Of a stretch of DNA of 64,000 nt, positions 9,958 through 19,406 are shown one piece after another. The translations under genes were made by a program, and so were the position numbers. The notes beneath the pieces were generated by a model that ran no database searches, was not told the DNA's origin, and saw nothing but the letters and a program-made list of their open reading frames with translations. Every line of letters begins with the position of its first letter. Within the stretch, counting starts at the first letter, position 1. This DNA is from Spirochaetia bacterium (GTDB taxonomy: Bacteria > Spirochaetota > Spirochaetia > SZUA-6 > Bin103), in contig CBDBDQ010000005.1 in NCBI GenBank assembly GCA_965203905.1, positions 6,560,001 to 6,624,000 on the forward strand, written 5' to 3'.

Positions 9958-9967
9958 GGTGAACGGC

Positions 9968-11305
9968 CTACCAGCGTCCCTGCATCAGCGGACCGCCGTC
10001 GCGCACCGCCTGGTCCATCGCCTCCTGGGCGGTCGCCTCACCCGCCCACAGCTTGGTCATGGCGGGGTTGATCGCCTCCGAGAAGATCTGGGACTGGTTC
10101 TTGAGCCAGTACGCCGGCGGCTGGCGCGGCGTGTTGTTCAGGGTGTAGTCGATCAGCACGCCGCGCGCCTCGGGCGGGTAGACGCCGGGGATGGCGTCGA
10201 GCCACTCGGCGGTCTTGGCCGGATCGGTGTAGTAATCGAGCTGCAGCGGCATCCACAGACCCTTGGCGTAGAGATCCACCTGTGCGGGATCGTTGTGGAA
10301 CTTGTAGAACTCGAACGCCTCCTCCGGGTGCTCGGTAGCGGCGAAGATGACCGAAGGTGAGCCCAGCAGGATGGTGACCGGTTCCTGGTGGTACGGCAGC
10401 ACCCCGATGCTCCAGTCGAACTCCAGCTGGCTGTAGTCGAGGATCGCCCAGTGACCGTTGACCCCCATTGCCACCTTGCCCGACTGCATCATGACCGCCT
10501 GCGAGGGCATCGCCTCTGACTGTGCCGGCGTCGGGGCCACGTGGTGCACGTAGATCATGTCCTGGAGCGCCTGCAGCGCCTCCACGGCCTCGGGCTCGTC
10601 GAGCATCAGCCGCGTGCCGTCGTCGCTGGCGAGCTGGCCGCCATTGCTGTAGATCATGGGCAGGTAGCCGCCCCACCAGGACGGGAACGAGACACCGAAG
10701 ATGTCGATGTTCTCGGGATCGAAGGCGTCGCTGTCGGCGTTGTTGCCGCTGCGGTCTACCGTGAGCTTCCTGGCCACGGCAAGGAACTCCTCCCAGGTCC
10801 ACGCCTCGGAAGCCTGCGACGGCGGATAGTCGAGCCCGGCCTCGTCGAACAGGCTCTTGTTGTAGTAGAGGATCATGGTCTCGGCGGCGGCATTGGTGCC
10901 GATCGTCTTGGTTCCGCCGTCGTAGTTGTAGTAGGTTGCCTCCAGGCGGTTGCTGGCCTCCGGATCCGCCTTGAAGTGCGGGGTCAGATCGGCGATCACG
11001 CCCTCCTGCGCCCAGGGAAACGCCAGGGTCTCGAACAGGTAGCCCACGTCCGGCGGCGTGCCGGCGGCCACCATGGTGGAGATCTTCTCCGCGTAGCCGT
11101 CGGGTATGTGCTGGCCGCGCACCTGAATGTTGGGGTGGCTGTCGTTGAACGCCTGCAGCATCTGTTCGACGGCCTCGCGCTCGAATGGCGACCCCCAGTA
11201 GGTAAAGGTAAGCTCCACGGGCTGCATCCCCTCGGCGGATGCTCCCTCCTCCGCACCGGTCGCCCACAGTGGCGCTCCCGCACACAGCAGTGCAATGACC
11301 GCCAC
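9968..11305 (-). CDS. Sugar ABC transporter substrate-binding protein; the probable true start (ATG 11356) is cut off by an in-frame TGA
   Basis: SBP_bac_1-like motifs (AGTPPDV, LYYNKSLFDEAG, WTWEEF); RBS AAGGAGG before ATG 11356; TGA at 11336-11338. Confidence 0.85.
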   Translation of the reverse strand: MAVIALLCAGAPLWATGAEEGASAEGMQPVELTFTYWGSPFEREAVEQMLQAFNDSHPNIQVRGQHIPDGYAEKISTMVAAGTPPDVGYLFETLAFPWAQEGVIADLTPHFKADPEASNRLEATYYNYDGGTKTIGTNAAAETMILYYNKSLFDEAGLDYPPSQASEAWTWEEFLAVARKLTVDRSGNNADSDAFDPENIDIFGVSFPSWWGGYLPMIYSNGGQLASDDGTRLMLDEPEAVEALQALQDMIYVHHVAPTPAQSEAMPSQAVMMQSGKVAMGVNGHWAILDYSQLEFDWSIGVLPYHQEPVTILLGSPSVIFAATEHPEEAFEFYKFHNDPAQVDLYAKGLWMPLQLDYYTDPAKTAEWLDAIPGVYPPEARGVLIDYTLNNTPRQPPAYWLKNQSQIFSEAINPAMTKLWAGEATAQEAMDQAVRDGGPLMQGRW

Positions 11306-11578
11306 CGTCAGGCTCCGCGCCAGCGGTTGCGTACCTCAAGTCCGATATTCAGCCATGTTGGCCTCCTTGTTGGCGTGCCGCACGCTGCAATTCACGCCGT
11401 TTGCATGGATTCGCCGGATGCGATCGCGGCCGACGCCGAAACCCCGACTCGCCGCCCATCGGCTCCATGACCATGTGAGACACCACGGGCCGGTGTCAAC
11501 GGCGGCAGCGGCAGGTCGGTGAATGCAGCGCCGCCGTGCTGGCACCGCGAGCCAACGGACAGCCCGTAGCCCCGTTCC

Positions 11579-12058
11579 CTATGACATCGTCGGCCCGCCA
11601 ACGGCGGACCGGTTGCCAGCACCTCGCGTCTCGGTCGGCGCCGACTCAACCACGAGTTCATGTCCGAGTGCGCGCAAGGCATCATCGATGCGGCTGACGG
11701 ACGTCCCGTGACGCGGGTCGAGCATACGTCGCACTACCTTCTCATCGACGCCGAGCAGGCGAGCGAGTGCCAAGCGGGAAAGGCCGCTGTCCCGAAACGC
11801 GAGGGCAAGAGCGGCCTTCGCAGCCGTTTCGGGTGGGACAGCGATGTGGTACTCCCCGGGACGTCGGGGGCTCGGCAGCGGTACGGGTTCGTGGTCGTCA
11901 AGGCGCCCGGCGACCGCTTCGTCCAGCGCGTCGGCCGCCTCGGCGAGTGCGTCCGCTTCGTCGACGCCACTAGTCAGACACTCCGGCAGATCCCGGAACG
12001 AAACGACAATCTCGTCAGCACCTGTGCGACGCAACTCGGCAGGATAAACGAAACGCAT
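11579..12058 (-). CDS. hicB: HicB-family antitoxin with C-terminal HTH
   Basis: VSFRDLPECLTSG...ALAEAADAL, followed by HTH LARLLGVDEKVVRR. Confidence 0.88.
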   Translation of the reverse strand: MRFVYPAELRRTGADEIVVSFRDLPECLTSGVDEADALAEAADALDEAVAGRLDDHEPVPLPSPRRPGEYHIAVPPETAAKAALALAFRDSGLSRLALARLLGVDEKVVRRMLDPRHGTSVSRIDDALRALGHELVVESAPTETRGAGNRSAVGGPTMS

Positions 12059-12067
12059 CAATTCTCC

Positions 12068-12316
12068 CTAATCGTCCTGTTTCTTCCCCATCTTCCTGGG
12101 CTCAACGAGGTCACTCCGATTGAGGCCCAATTGGCGAACCATGGCGGAAAGGAGCCCGGCAGAAATCTCCTTCCGACGATCTTTGACCGTAGTCTTGCGC
12201 GACCCGTAGTACAAAGTGACATGACTGCCCTTGCCACGCTTGGAGTCGATACGAACAGAGACCCCGCGGATCCGCGCAACCTCAGAGACTCGTTCGATGA
12301 ACTCCCTCCCGGTCAC
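12068..12316 (-). CDS. hicA: HicA-family toxin
   Basis: GKGSH motif; EISAGLLSAMVRQLGL; upstream of HicB. Confidence 0.85.
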   Translation of the reverse strand: MTGREFIERVSEVARIRGVSVRIDSKRGKGSHVTLYYGSRKTTVKDRRKEISAGLLSAMVRQLGLNRSDLVEPRKMGKKQDD

Positions 12317-12437
12317 GGTCCTATAGTCGGACGTTAGTGTCCGATAGATCAAGCCACCGTTCACGTGCGCATCGAGACCCGCGGCAGAGACCGCCTCGAC
12401 ACCGCGCGACTACGGCGTGAGAATCGCACGCCGTGCG

Positions 12438-13826
12438 TCAGGGCATCGGCGGCAGCGTGCTGCGCAGGGTCAGCACTTCGTCGCGCACGCCGGCGTACGC
12501 CAGCAGGTCGAGATGGAGGGCGTGCAGCCGTTGTGCCTGCTCGCGGGCGGAGCGCGCCAGGTCCCGCTCCTGCGCCGGGTCTTCACGCAGGTGGAACAAC
12601 TCGAAGGGGGCGCGGTTGCCGGGGTAGTGCAGGGTCCAGGTGCCGTCGGTGACGCTGGTGGTCTGACGGGCGATGCGCTCGGTCGGAGCGTCCAGGGCGG
12701 CAGTGGTCACCACCACCGGCCGCTCCGGCATCGCCTCGCCGCGCACCGCCGGCAGCAGGCTGGTGCCCTTCACCCCGGCGGGCAGCGGCAGCCCCGCCAG
12801 CTCCAGCAGCGTCGGCATCAGGTCCACCGACTGGGCCAGAAATCCTGAACGCCGGCCCGCCGCGGCTTTCCCGGCCGCGCCAGGGAGCCGGATCATCAGC
12901 GCTGCGTGACTCACCTCGTCGTAGTAGGGCCAGTCGAGCGGATCGTCGCCATTCAGGTTGCTCTTCCCGAAGCGGCCGTGGTCCCCGACGTTGAAGCCGT
13001 GGTCGGAGTGGAAGATCACCGCGGTGTCCTCGGGACAGCAGTAGTCGATCTTCTCCAGCAGTCGCCCCACCCAGGTGTCCACCAGCGTCACCTCGCCGGC
13101 GTAGAGGGCGCGGGCATGGCGGATCTCCGCCTCGGTGGCGCCGATTTCCTCGCAGCGGGCGTACGGCGGGTGATCGAGCAGCTCGCCGGTATACCCGGGA
13201 TCGTACAGGTCGACGTAGTGCTGCGGCGGATCCCACGGCTCGTGCGGGTCGAAGCAATCCACCCAGAGAAAGAACCTGTCGTGGGCGTGGTTGAGCTCGA
13301 TCCAGTCGGCGGCATCCTGGAAGGTGCGGGCGGCGAAGGTGTCGCGCTCGGTGTTCCAGTGGCGCTGTCGCCAGCGGTAGTGGTTGGCGCGCATCCGCTC
13401 CGGCCCGCGGATCTTCTCGGGCGCGCTCGGCAACTTCACCTACAGGGCATCGGTGATGGCACGGTCGCCCCCCTGGCCGCGGTTCCACTTCCACCCCGTG
13501 AGGCCGCGGTCGAAGCGGTGTCCGTCGGCCATCAGGTGCGGGGTGTCGGCGATCAGCATGCTGACGTAGCCCGCCGCGGTGAGCAGCTCGCCGACGATCG
13601 TCTCGTCCTCGGGCAGCGGCGTCCAACCCCGGTACGGATACACCCACTTGCCGGTGACCATGTCGGTGCGGTGCGGGATGGTGGGAAAGGAACCGGTGTA
13701 GACGCGCTCGAACACCACGCTCTGCGCCGCCAGCCGGTCCAGGTTGGGCGTGCGGATCCAGGGGTTGCCGCTCGCGCCGAGGTGGTCCCAGCGCAATGTG
13801 TCGCTGACGATGAGTACGATATTCAT
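12438..13826 (-). pseudogene. Sulfatase-fold (alkaline phosphatase superfamily) gene with a TxPxR motif, split by an in-frame TAG at 13440-13442
   Basis: SDTLRWDHLG, GSFPTIPHR, FDPHEPWDPP, SDHG; ORFs 13440-13826 and 12438-13439 are in the same frame. Confidence 0.8.
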
Positions 13827-13843
13827 GGGTATTCGCGCACAGT

Positions 13844-14614
13844 CTACACGCAGCCGTGGAACTCGCGCCCGCGGATGGAGAGGAACGGCAGCAGGTCGGG
13901 GCGTTCGCGCAGTTCCGGGAGGTACCAGGTGCGGGCGCGCATGTAGTGGGTGGCGTAGCCGCGGCGGCGGTAGGGACTGCGGTTGGCGCCGCTGCGGTGG
14001 TAGGTCAGGCTGTGGTGGAAGCTGACGCTGCCGGGACGCAGCTCGATGGGGACGGTGGGCCAGTCACCGTCAAGCAGCGACTCGACCCGTTCCCGCGCTG
14101 CATCCGGGATCATCCCCCAGCGGTGGCTGCCGGCAGCCATCCACAGGCAGCCGTTGGCGACGGTGGCCTCGTCGATCGCCGTCCAGGCGGTAAGCATGTC
14201 CATCGGGAACATGTTCAGCCACGCCTGCGAATCCTGGTGCCAGGCCTGCGCGCCGCCGTGGTGGGCCGGCTTCATGAAGAGCTGATCGTTGTAGAGCTTC
14301 AGGTCGTCGGTGCCAAGCAGATCTGCGATCACGTCGACCAGCCGGTCGCCGACGGCGTGCTCACGCAGCACCTCGTCGTGACGCGCGAGCTGGTACATCT
14401 TGCGCACCGCGGCGGTGCCGTGCTGCGTGCCGGCGCCGGCGGCCGGGAACGGCGCCTCCAGTTGTATATACTGCTGGTCGATGGAGACGCCCCGCCCCGA
14501 GGCGATCAGATCGGCGCGCTCGGCGAGGCGCACGATCGTCTCCGGTTCGACCAGATCCTCCACGATCAGGAAGCCGTCACGTCTGAAGGCGGCGAGCTGG
14601 CCTTCCGTGAGCAC
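13844..14614 (-). CDS. Phytanoyl-CoA dioxygenase (PhyH) family 2OG/Fe(II) oxygenase
   Basis: FRRDGFL, WHQD, NGCL..AGSH, HHSLTYHRSG.N. Confidence 0.88.
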   Translation of the reverse strand: MLTEGQLAAFRRDGFLIVEDLVEPETIVRLAERADLIASGRGVSIDQQYIQLEAPFPAAGAGTQHGTAAVRKMYQLARHDEVLREHAVGDRLVDVIADLLGTDDLKLYNDQLFMKPAHHGGAQAWHQDSQAWLNMFPMDMLTAWTAIDEATVANGCLWMAAGSHRWGMIPDAARERVESLLDGDWPTVPIELRPGSVSFHHSLTYHRSGANRSPYRRRGYATHYMRARTWYLPELRERPDLLPFLSIRGREFHGCV

Positions 14615-14752
14615 ACGGAGGCGCCGTACCCGAGATGATCGATCCGTAGCGGACGCGCTGGCGTTGGCCGATTCCACTGCACCCGATTCTACCGCAACAG
14701 CCGGCCCGCTGCGCACCACGCTGGAGGTCGTGCCCGTTCCCGCCGGCAAAGG

Positions 14753-16003
14753 GTGCGATGGGCAGCGACGGCGGTCGTGCGCAGTCGCCGCCTGACTGCG
14801 CTGCCCGGCGCGTTCCGTTACCCGGCCTTCCGCCGGGTAACGGTAACCGGGGCGCTGATCGCGCTGGCCGTGTGGACGGAACGTCTCGCCGTCGGCTGGC
14901 TGATTCTGACCGAGACCGACTCGGTGTTCCTCACCGCCGCGTCGTTCGCCGCCCGGCAGGCGCCGGGCCTGGTCGCGGCCCCGTTGGCTGGCGCGATCAG
15001 CGATCGCATGCCGCGCAATCGGCTGCTCGGGATCGCGGCCGCCTATCGGGCGCTGCTGCTGGCGCTGCTGGCGATCTTCGCCCTGGCCGGCCTCGAACCG
15101 CTCTGGGTCGCGTTCGTCCTGATCGCGCTGGCAGGCGTTGGGCACTCGTTCGAGACCCCGTCCACGCAGGCGTTGGTGACCGATTCGGTACCACGTCGCG
15201 CCGCGATGAACGCGGTCGCGCTGCAGTCGGTCGGCGCCCGCGGAGTGGGAGCCCTGGGAGGGCTGATCGGCGGCGTGGTGATCGCCGGCTACGGCATCCC
15301 CAGCGCCCTGTTTGCCGGCGCGGTCGTCTCCCTGATCGCGGCGCTGGTGGTGGGCACGGCGCGCCCGGTAGCGGCGCGAAGGGTAGCGGCCGAACGGCGC
15401 GACACCTCGGTACTGAGAGACGTGACAGACGGATTGCGGGTGATGTTCTCGGTTCCGATGGTGCGGACGCTGCTGGCGTTGGCGGTGCTGGTGGAGATGT
15501 TCGGGTTCGCCTACCACTCGGTGCTGCCGGCCGTGGCGCGCGACCTGCTCCAGGTGGGCGAGGTGGGGCTCGGCCTGCTGAGCATGATGGCCGGTTTCGG
15601 CTCGCTGGCGGGGGTGATGGTGCTGACGGCGCTCGGCAACGTCCGTCGCAAGGGCCCGTTGCTGATCGGCATTACCCTCGGCTACGGCACGTTTCTGCTG
15701 GCGCTCGCGGCGTCAGGCGTGTTCCCCTTGGCGCTGGTCCTGGTCACGGGGGTGGGGGCGATGGCGGCGGCCTTCGACGCAATGCAATGGACCATGTTGC
15801 AGCAGCACGTGCCGGACGAGATGCGCGGCCGGGCGATCGGCGGGTGGGTGTTTGCGATCGGCTTCGGGTGGACAGGCTACCTGGCCCTCGGCGGCGCCGC
15901 GGAGACCTTCGGGGTGCAGCCCGCACTGGCCGCCACCGGGGCGCTGGTGATGCTTACCGCCCTCGTCGCCGCGGTGGTGGCCCCGAAGCTGCGCTCCGCG
16001 TAG
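14753..16003 (+). CDS. MFS transporter (start uncertain)
   Basis: About 12 hydrophobic segments; GAISDRMPR motif A; VPDEMRGR. Confidence 0.88.
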   Translation: MRWAATAVVRSRRLTALPGAFRYPAFRRVTVTGALIALAVWTERLAVGWLILTETDSVFLTAASFAARQAPGLVAAPLAGAISDRMPRNRLLGIAAAYRALLLALLAIFALAGLEPLWVAFVLIALAGVGHSFETPSTQALVTDSVPRRAAMNAVALQSVGARGVGALGGLIGGVVIAGYGIPSALFAGAVVSLIAALVVGTARPVAARRVAAERRDTSVLRDVTDGLRVMFSVPMVRTLLALAVLVEMFGFAYHSVLPAVARDLLQVGEVGLGLLSMMAGFGSLAGVMVLTALGNVRRKGPLLIGITLGYGTFLLALAASGVFPLALVLVTGVGAMAAAFDAMQWTMLQQHVPDEMRGRAIGGWVFAIGFGWTGYLALGGAAETFGVQPALAATGALVMLTALVAAVVAPKLRSA

Positions 16004-16128
16004 CGGGCGGTGCGACGCGCGACCACGAGGCGCCCGCGAACTCGGCCCAGGAACAGCGCGAGACACCGGAACCGCAGGACCGAACCGCCCACCCGAACCA
16101 CGAGCCACCATTGCAGAGGAGGGGTGCG

Positions 16129-16157
16129 TTGACAACCAACGGAATACACCCTAGGCT
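16129..16157 (+). promoter_or_regulatory. Putative sigma70 promoter for the low-GC ABC cluster
   Basis: TTGACA-N17-TAGGCT. Confidence 0.55.
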
Positions 16158-16335
16158 TACCCTCTTGACTGTCCCACGAACCGGGAACCCCGCCGGTTGC
16201 TACAGGCTGGCGACCAGGTATTGCGAGCACCTTGGTATATCCAGATGTGAACGGACCGCCCGGGAGGGAGGACGAAGGTGATGTTTTGATAATTGCAGAG
16301 TAGTATTGGACTCAATCATTCCGTAGGAGGATAGA

Positions 16336-18306
16336 ATGAAAACGATATTGATCGCTTTGTTGATCTCACTGATGTGTTTCCCAGGTCTTCTTTTCGCTTC
16401 CGGGGAACAGGAAGCCTCGAAGGAAGAGGAAGCCGCGGTTATACAAGGTGAAGCGCCGATGCTGCGAGAACTGGTGTTGGCAGGAACGTTGCCCCCGCTA
16501 GAAGAGCGCCTTCCCTTAGATCCTTTGGTATTAGAGCCAGTTGATGGCAACCAAATCGGCCGCTACGGTGGCACCATTCGCTTGGCCGACCAACGCTCTC
16601 ACCGCTCGGTGAATGCCAGTGGCATCAAGAATTGGGCCCGCCCGTTTGTCCTTGGCCCTGACATGCAAACCTTCGTCCCTAACGTGGCGAAAGACTTTGA
16701 GTTCTCCGAAGACTGGACCAGCGTCACCCTCACCCTTCGTGAGGGCATGAAGTGGTCGGACGGCGCGCCTCTTACCGCCGATGACTTCATGTTCTGGTAC
16801 GATGACATGTATATGAACGAGGAACTCTACCCCAACCCCTTAGCCAACAAGCTGTGGAGTCCCGGCGGTAAACCCGTCGAAGTTGAGAAGCTGGATGACT
16901 ACACCGTGAAGTTCACTTTTGCCCAGACCTATCCCGTTATGCCTTACGTCTTCCAAATCGGATCGCCCTTATTCCACTACTTCTACTGGCCCAAGCATTA
17001 CTTGAGCCAGTTCCACCCGAACCATACCCCGCGTGAAAAGGTCGAGGCGATGGCTGAAGAGGCGGGCTACGACAACTGGGTATTGTTCTTCAAGTCCAAG
17101 ATTCCCTCACGCCCGTACAACTTTAGCGAAACTTACATTGGCATCCCCACCGTCGAAGCCTATGAGATGACGGCATTCGGCAACAACGTGGGACTCTTCG
17201 AGCGTAACCCTTACTACTGGAAGGTGGACGCTGAGCGCAACCAGCTCCCCTATATTGACCGCATGCAGGTCAGCCACGTTGGTAGCAAAGAGGTGCTGCT
17301 CTTGAAACTCGCCAACGGTGAGCTCGACTATGAGCGCTACAACCTCGACATGGTAGATTTTCCTTACCTGATTGAAAACCAGGAGCAGGGTGGGTATTCG
17401 GTCTACAAAAACTGGGTGAGCCCGTTTGCCCCGCTGCATAATTACCGCTTCAATCAAACGACCAAAGATCCCGTCCTGCGCGAGATTTTTCGCGACGTCC
17501 GCTTCCGCCGCGCCATGTCGTTAGCCATTAACCGTGATGAGATAAACGAACTGCTTTTCTTCGGAACAGGGACGCCCATGCAATCCACGGTGAATAATCG
17601 CAATTCACGTTTGTGGCGCGATGAGTACGCCTTCGCGGACGTTGAGTACAAGCCTGACGAGGCTAACCGCCTTCTCGATGAGATGGGGCTCGCGTGGGAT
17701 GAAGACCGCAAATGGCGGCTGCGTCCCGACGGCAAAAGACTGTCCTTTGTCAATGTCTGGCCTGAAGGACGCACCTATTTGACGGATGCCACAGAGTTGG
17801 TGACAGAGTACTGGGCTGCGGTGGGTGTGGAAATGATCCAGCGCCCGATGGATGTCGCTATCTATCCCCAGTTGATACAAAACAACGATTACGACCTGTT
17901 AAGCTTTCCGGCAGAGAACTTCGAATCTCTACTTATTGTCACACCGCGCATCTACGTGCCGTGTTGCCATTGGTTGACCGCTTGGGGACAACTCTGGTTC
18001 AATTGGTATGAGTCGGGCGGCGAGACGGGCGAGGAACCCCCTGCGGAGGTGAAAGTCCTCTACGATCACTTGGAGACGCTGCAGACGAGCCCCGATGATG
18101 CTGCTAGAGAAAGAGCCATGCACTCCCTCCTCAGAGCTCATGCCGAGAACCTCTGGACCATTGGCACCGTCGGTCTTTTCCCGCAACTGGTGGCGGCCAA
18201 CAAGAACATCGGCAACATGCCAGACATCGGCATTACAGCCCACTGGATGACCCGTCACGACAGTGTGGCGAATCCTGAAATCTGGTTCTTCAAAGAAGGC
18301 AACTAA
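16336..18306 (+). CDS. ABC transporter substrate-binding protein, family 5 (peptide/oligosaccharide)
   Basis: LPPLEERLP, YGGT, LREGMKWSDG, ERNPYYWKVD, FRRAMSLAINR; RBS AGGAGG. Confidence 0.92.
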   Translation: MKTILIALLISLMCFPGLLFASGEQEASKEEEAAVIQGEAPMLRELVLAGTLPPLEERLPLDPLVLEPVDGNQIGRYGGTIRLADQRSHRSVNASGIKNWARPFVLGPDMQTFVPNVAKDFEFSEDWTSVTLTLREGMKWSDGAPLTADDFMFWYDDMYMNEELYPNPLANKLWSPGGKPVEVEKLDDYTVKFTFAQTYPVMPYVFQIGSPLFHYFYWPKHYLSQFHPNHTPREKVEAMAEEAGYDNWVLFFKSKIPSRPYNFSETYIGIPTVEAYEMTAFGNNVGLFERNPYYWKVDAERNQLPYIDRMQVSHVGSKEVLLLKLANGELDYERYNLDMVDFPYLIENQEQGGYSVYKNWVSPFAPLHNYRFNQTTKDPVLREIFRDVRFRRAMSLAINRDEINELLFFGTGTPMQSTVNNRNSRLWRDEYAFADVEYKPDEANRLLDEMGLAWDEDRKWRLRPDGKRLSFVNVWPEGRTYLTDATELVTEYWAAVGVEMIQRPMDVAIYPQLIQNNDYDLLSFPAENFESLLIVTPRIYVPCCHWLTAWGQLWFNWYESGGETGEEPPAEVKVLYDHLETLQTSPDDAARERAMHSLLRAHAENLWTIGTVGLFPQLVAANKNIGNMPDIGITAHWMTRHDSVANPEIWFFKEGN

Positions 18307-18407
18307 GGCCACCGCGAAATTGTAGGTCGGGAGTCACCAGGTTCACCAACCTCTGACTCCCGACTTTGTCCTGCCTTGTCTGGCTTAGACATGAGGGAGT
18401 CTCTCGC

Positions 18408-19406
18408 ATGATTCATCTCTCGCGACGCTTCTACTACACCTTGATAGTGCTCTTTCTGGCCTCGGTTGCCTCGTTTGCGATTATCGAGTTGCCACCGGGC
18501 GACTTTCTGGATATCTATGCGGCGCGGCTCGAGATGCTGGGAGACAGTATGAGCCAAGAGGAACTCGATGGGCTGCGCCAGCAGTACGGTCTTGATCAGC
18601 CCATGTTGGTCCGCTACGGCAAGTGGATATGGGGCATGCTGCAGGGGCGCCTGGGCATGGCTATGGATTTTGAGAGTGCTCCGGTCGCCGCCCTGCTGGG
18701 ACCAAGGTTGGGACTGACGGCCGTCCTTTCCTTCTTCTCAATTATCTTTACCTACGTTATTGCAATTCCCATCGGTATCTACTCAGCCACGCACCAGTAC
18801 TCCCTCGGCGACTATCTCGCCACGACCGTGGGGTTCATCGGGTTGGCAACACCCAACTTCTTGCTGGCTCTCATTCTCATGTTCTTCTTTGCCCGTTACT
18901 TCGGCTTCAGCGTAGGGGGTCTTTTCTCGCCGGAGTACGCCAACGCTCCCTGGACCTGGGCGAGGGTGGTGGACATGCTCCCCCATTTGCCGCTCCCTAT
19001 TGTGGTCATAGGCACCTCGGCAACCGCCGCCATTACTCGCGTGATGCGCGCTACTCTCCTTGATGAGTTGTCGAAACAGTATGTGATTACGGCTCGTGCC
19101 AAAGGGTTAGGTGAGACCAGGCTGCTATTCAAATACCCCGTACGTATCGCCTTGAACCCAATCATCAGCACCATCGGATGGGTGCTGCCGCAGATTGTCT
19201 CGGGATCGATAATCACCGCGGTTGTGCTGAGCCTGCCGACCACGGGGCCGCTGCTCCTGGATGCGCTCAAGAATCAGGACGTCTACCTGGCGGGCAGCAT
19301 CGTGCTGCTACTATCCGCCCTCACGGTCATCGGCACCTTCCTTTCCGACGTGGTGCTTGCCTGGTCTGATCCACGTATCAGATTTGAGAAGAAGGGGGTG
19401 GACTAG
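18408..19406 (+). CDS. ABC permease (DppB/OppB-like)
   Basis: YGLDQP, YVITARAKGL, DPRIR. Confidence 0.92.
   Translation: MIHLSRRFYYTLIVLFLASVASFAIIELPPGDFLDIYAARLEMLGDSMSQEELDGLRQQYGLDQPMLVRYGKWIWGMLQGRLGMAMDFESAPVAALLGPRLGLTAVLSFFSIIFTYVIAIPIGIYSATHQYSLGDYLATTVGFIGLATPNFLLALILMFFFARYFGFSVGGLFSPEYANAPWTWARVVDMLPHLPLPIVVIGTSATAAITRVMRATLLDELSKQYVITARAKGLGETRLLFKYPVRIALNPIISTIGWVLPQIVSGSIITAVVLSLPTTGPLLLDALKNQDVYLAGSIVLLLSALTVIGTFLSDVVLAWSDPRIRFEKKGVD

Noticed and set aside
16160-16335. Riboswitch in the ABC leader
   Set aside because: I could not recognise any known aptamer consensus; this needs an Rfam scan.
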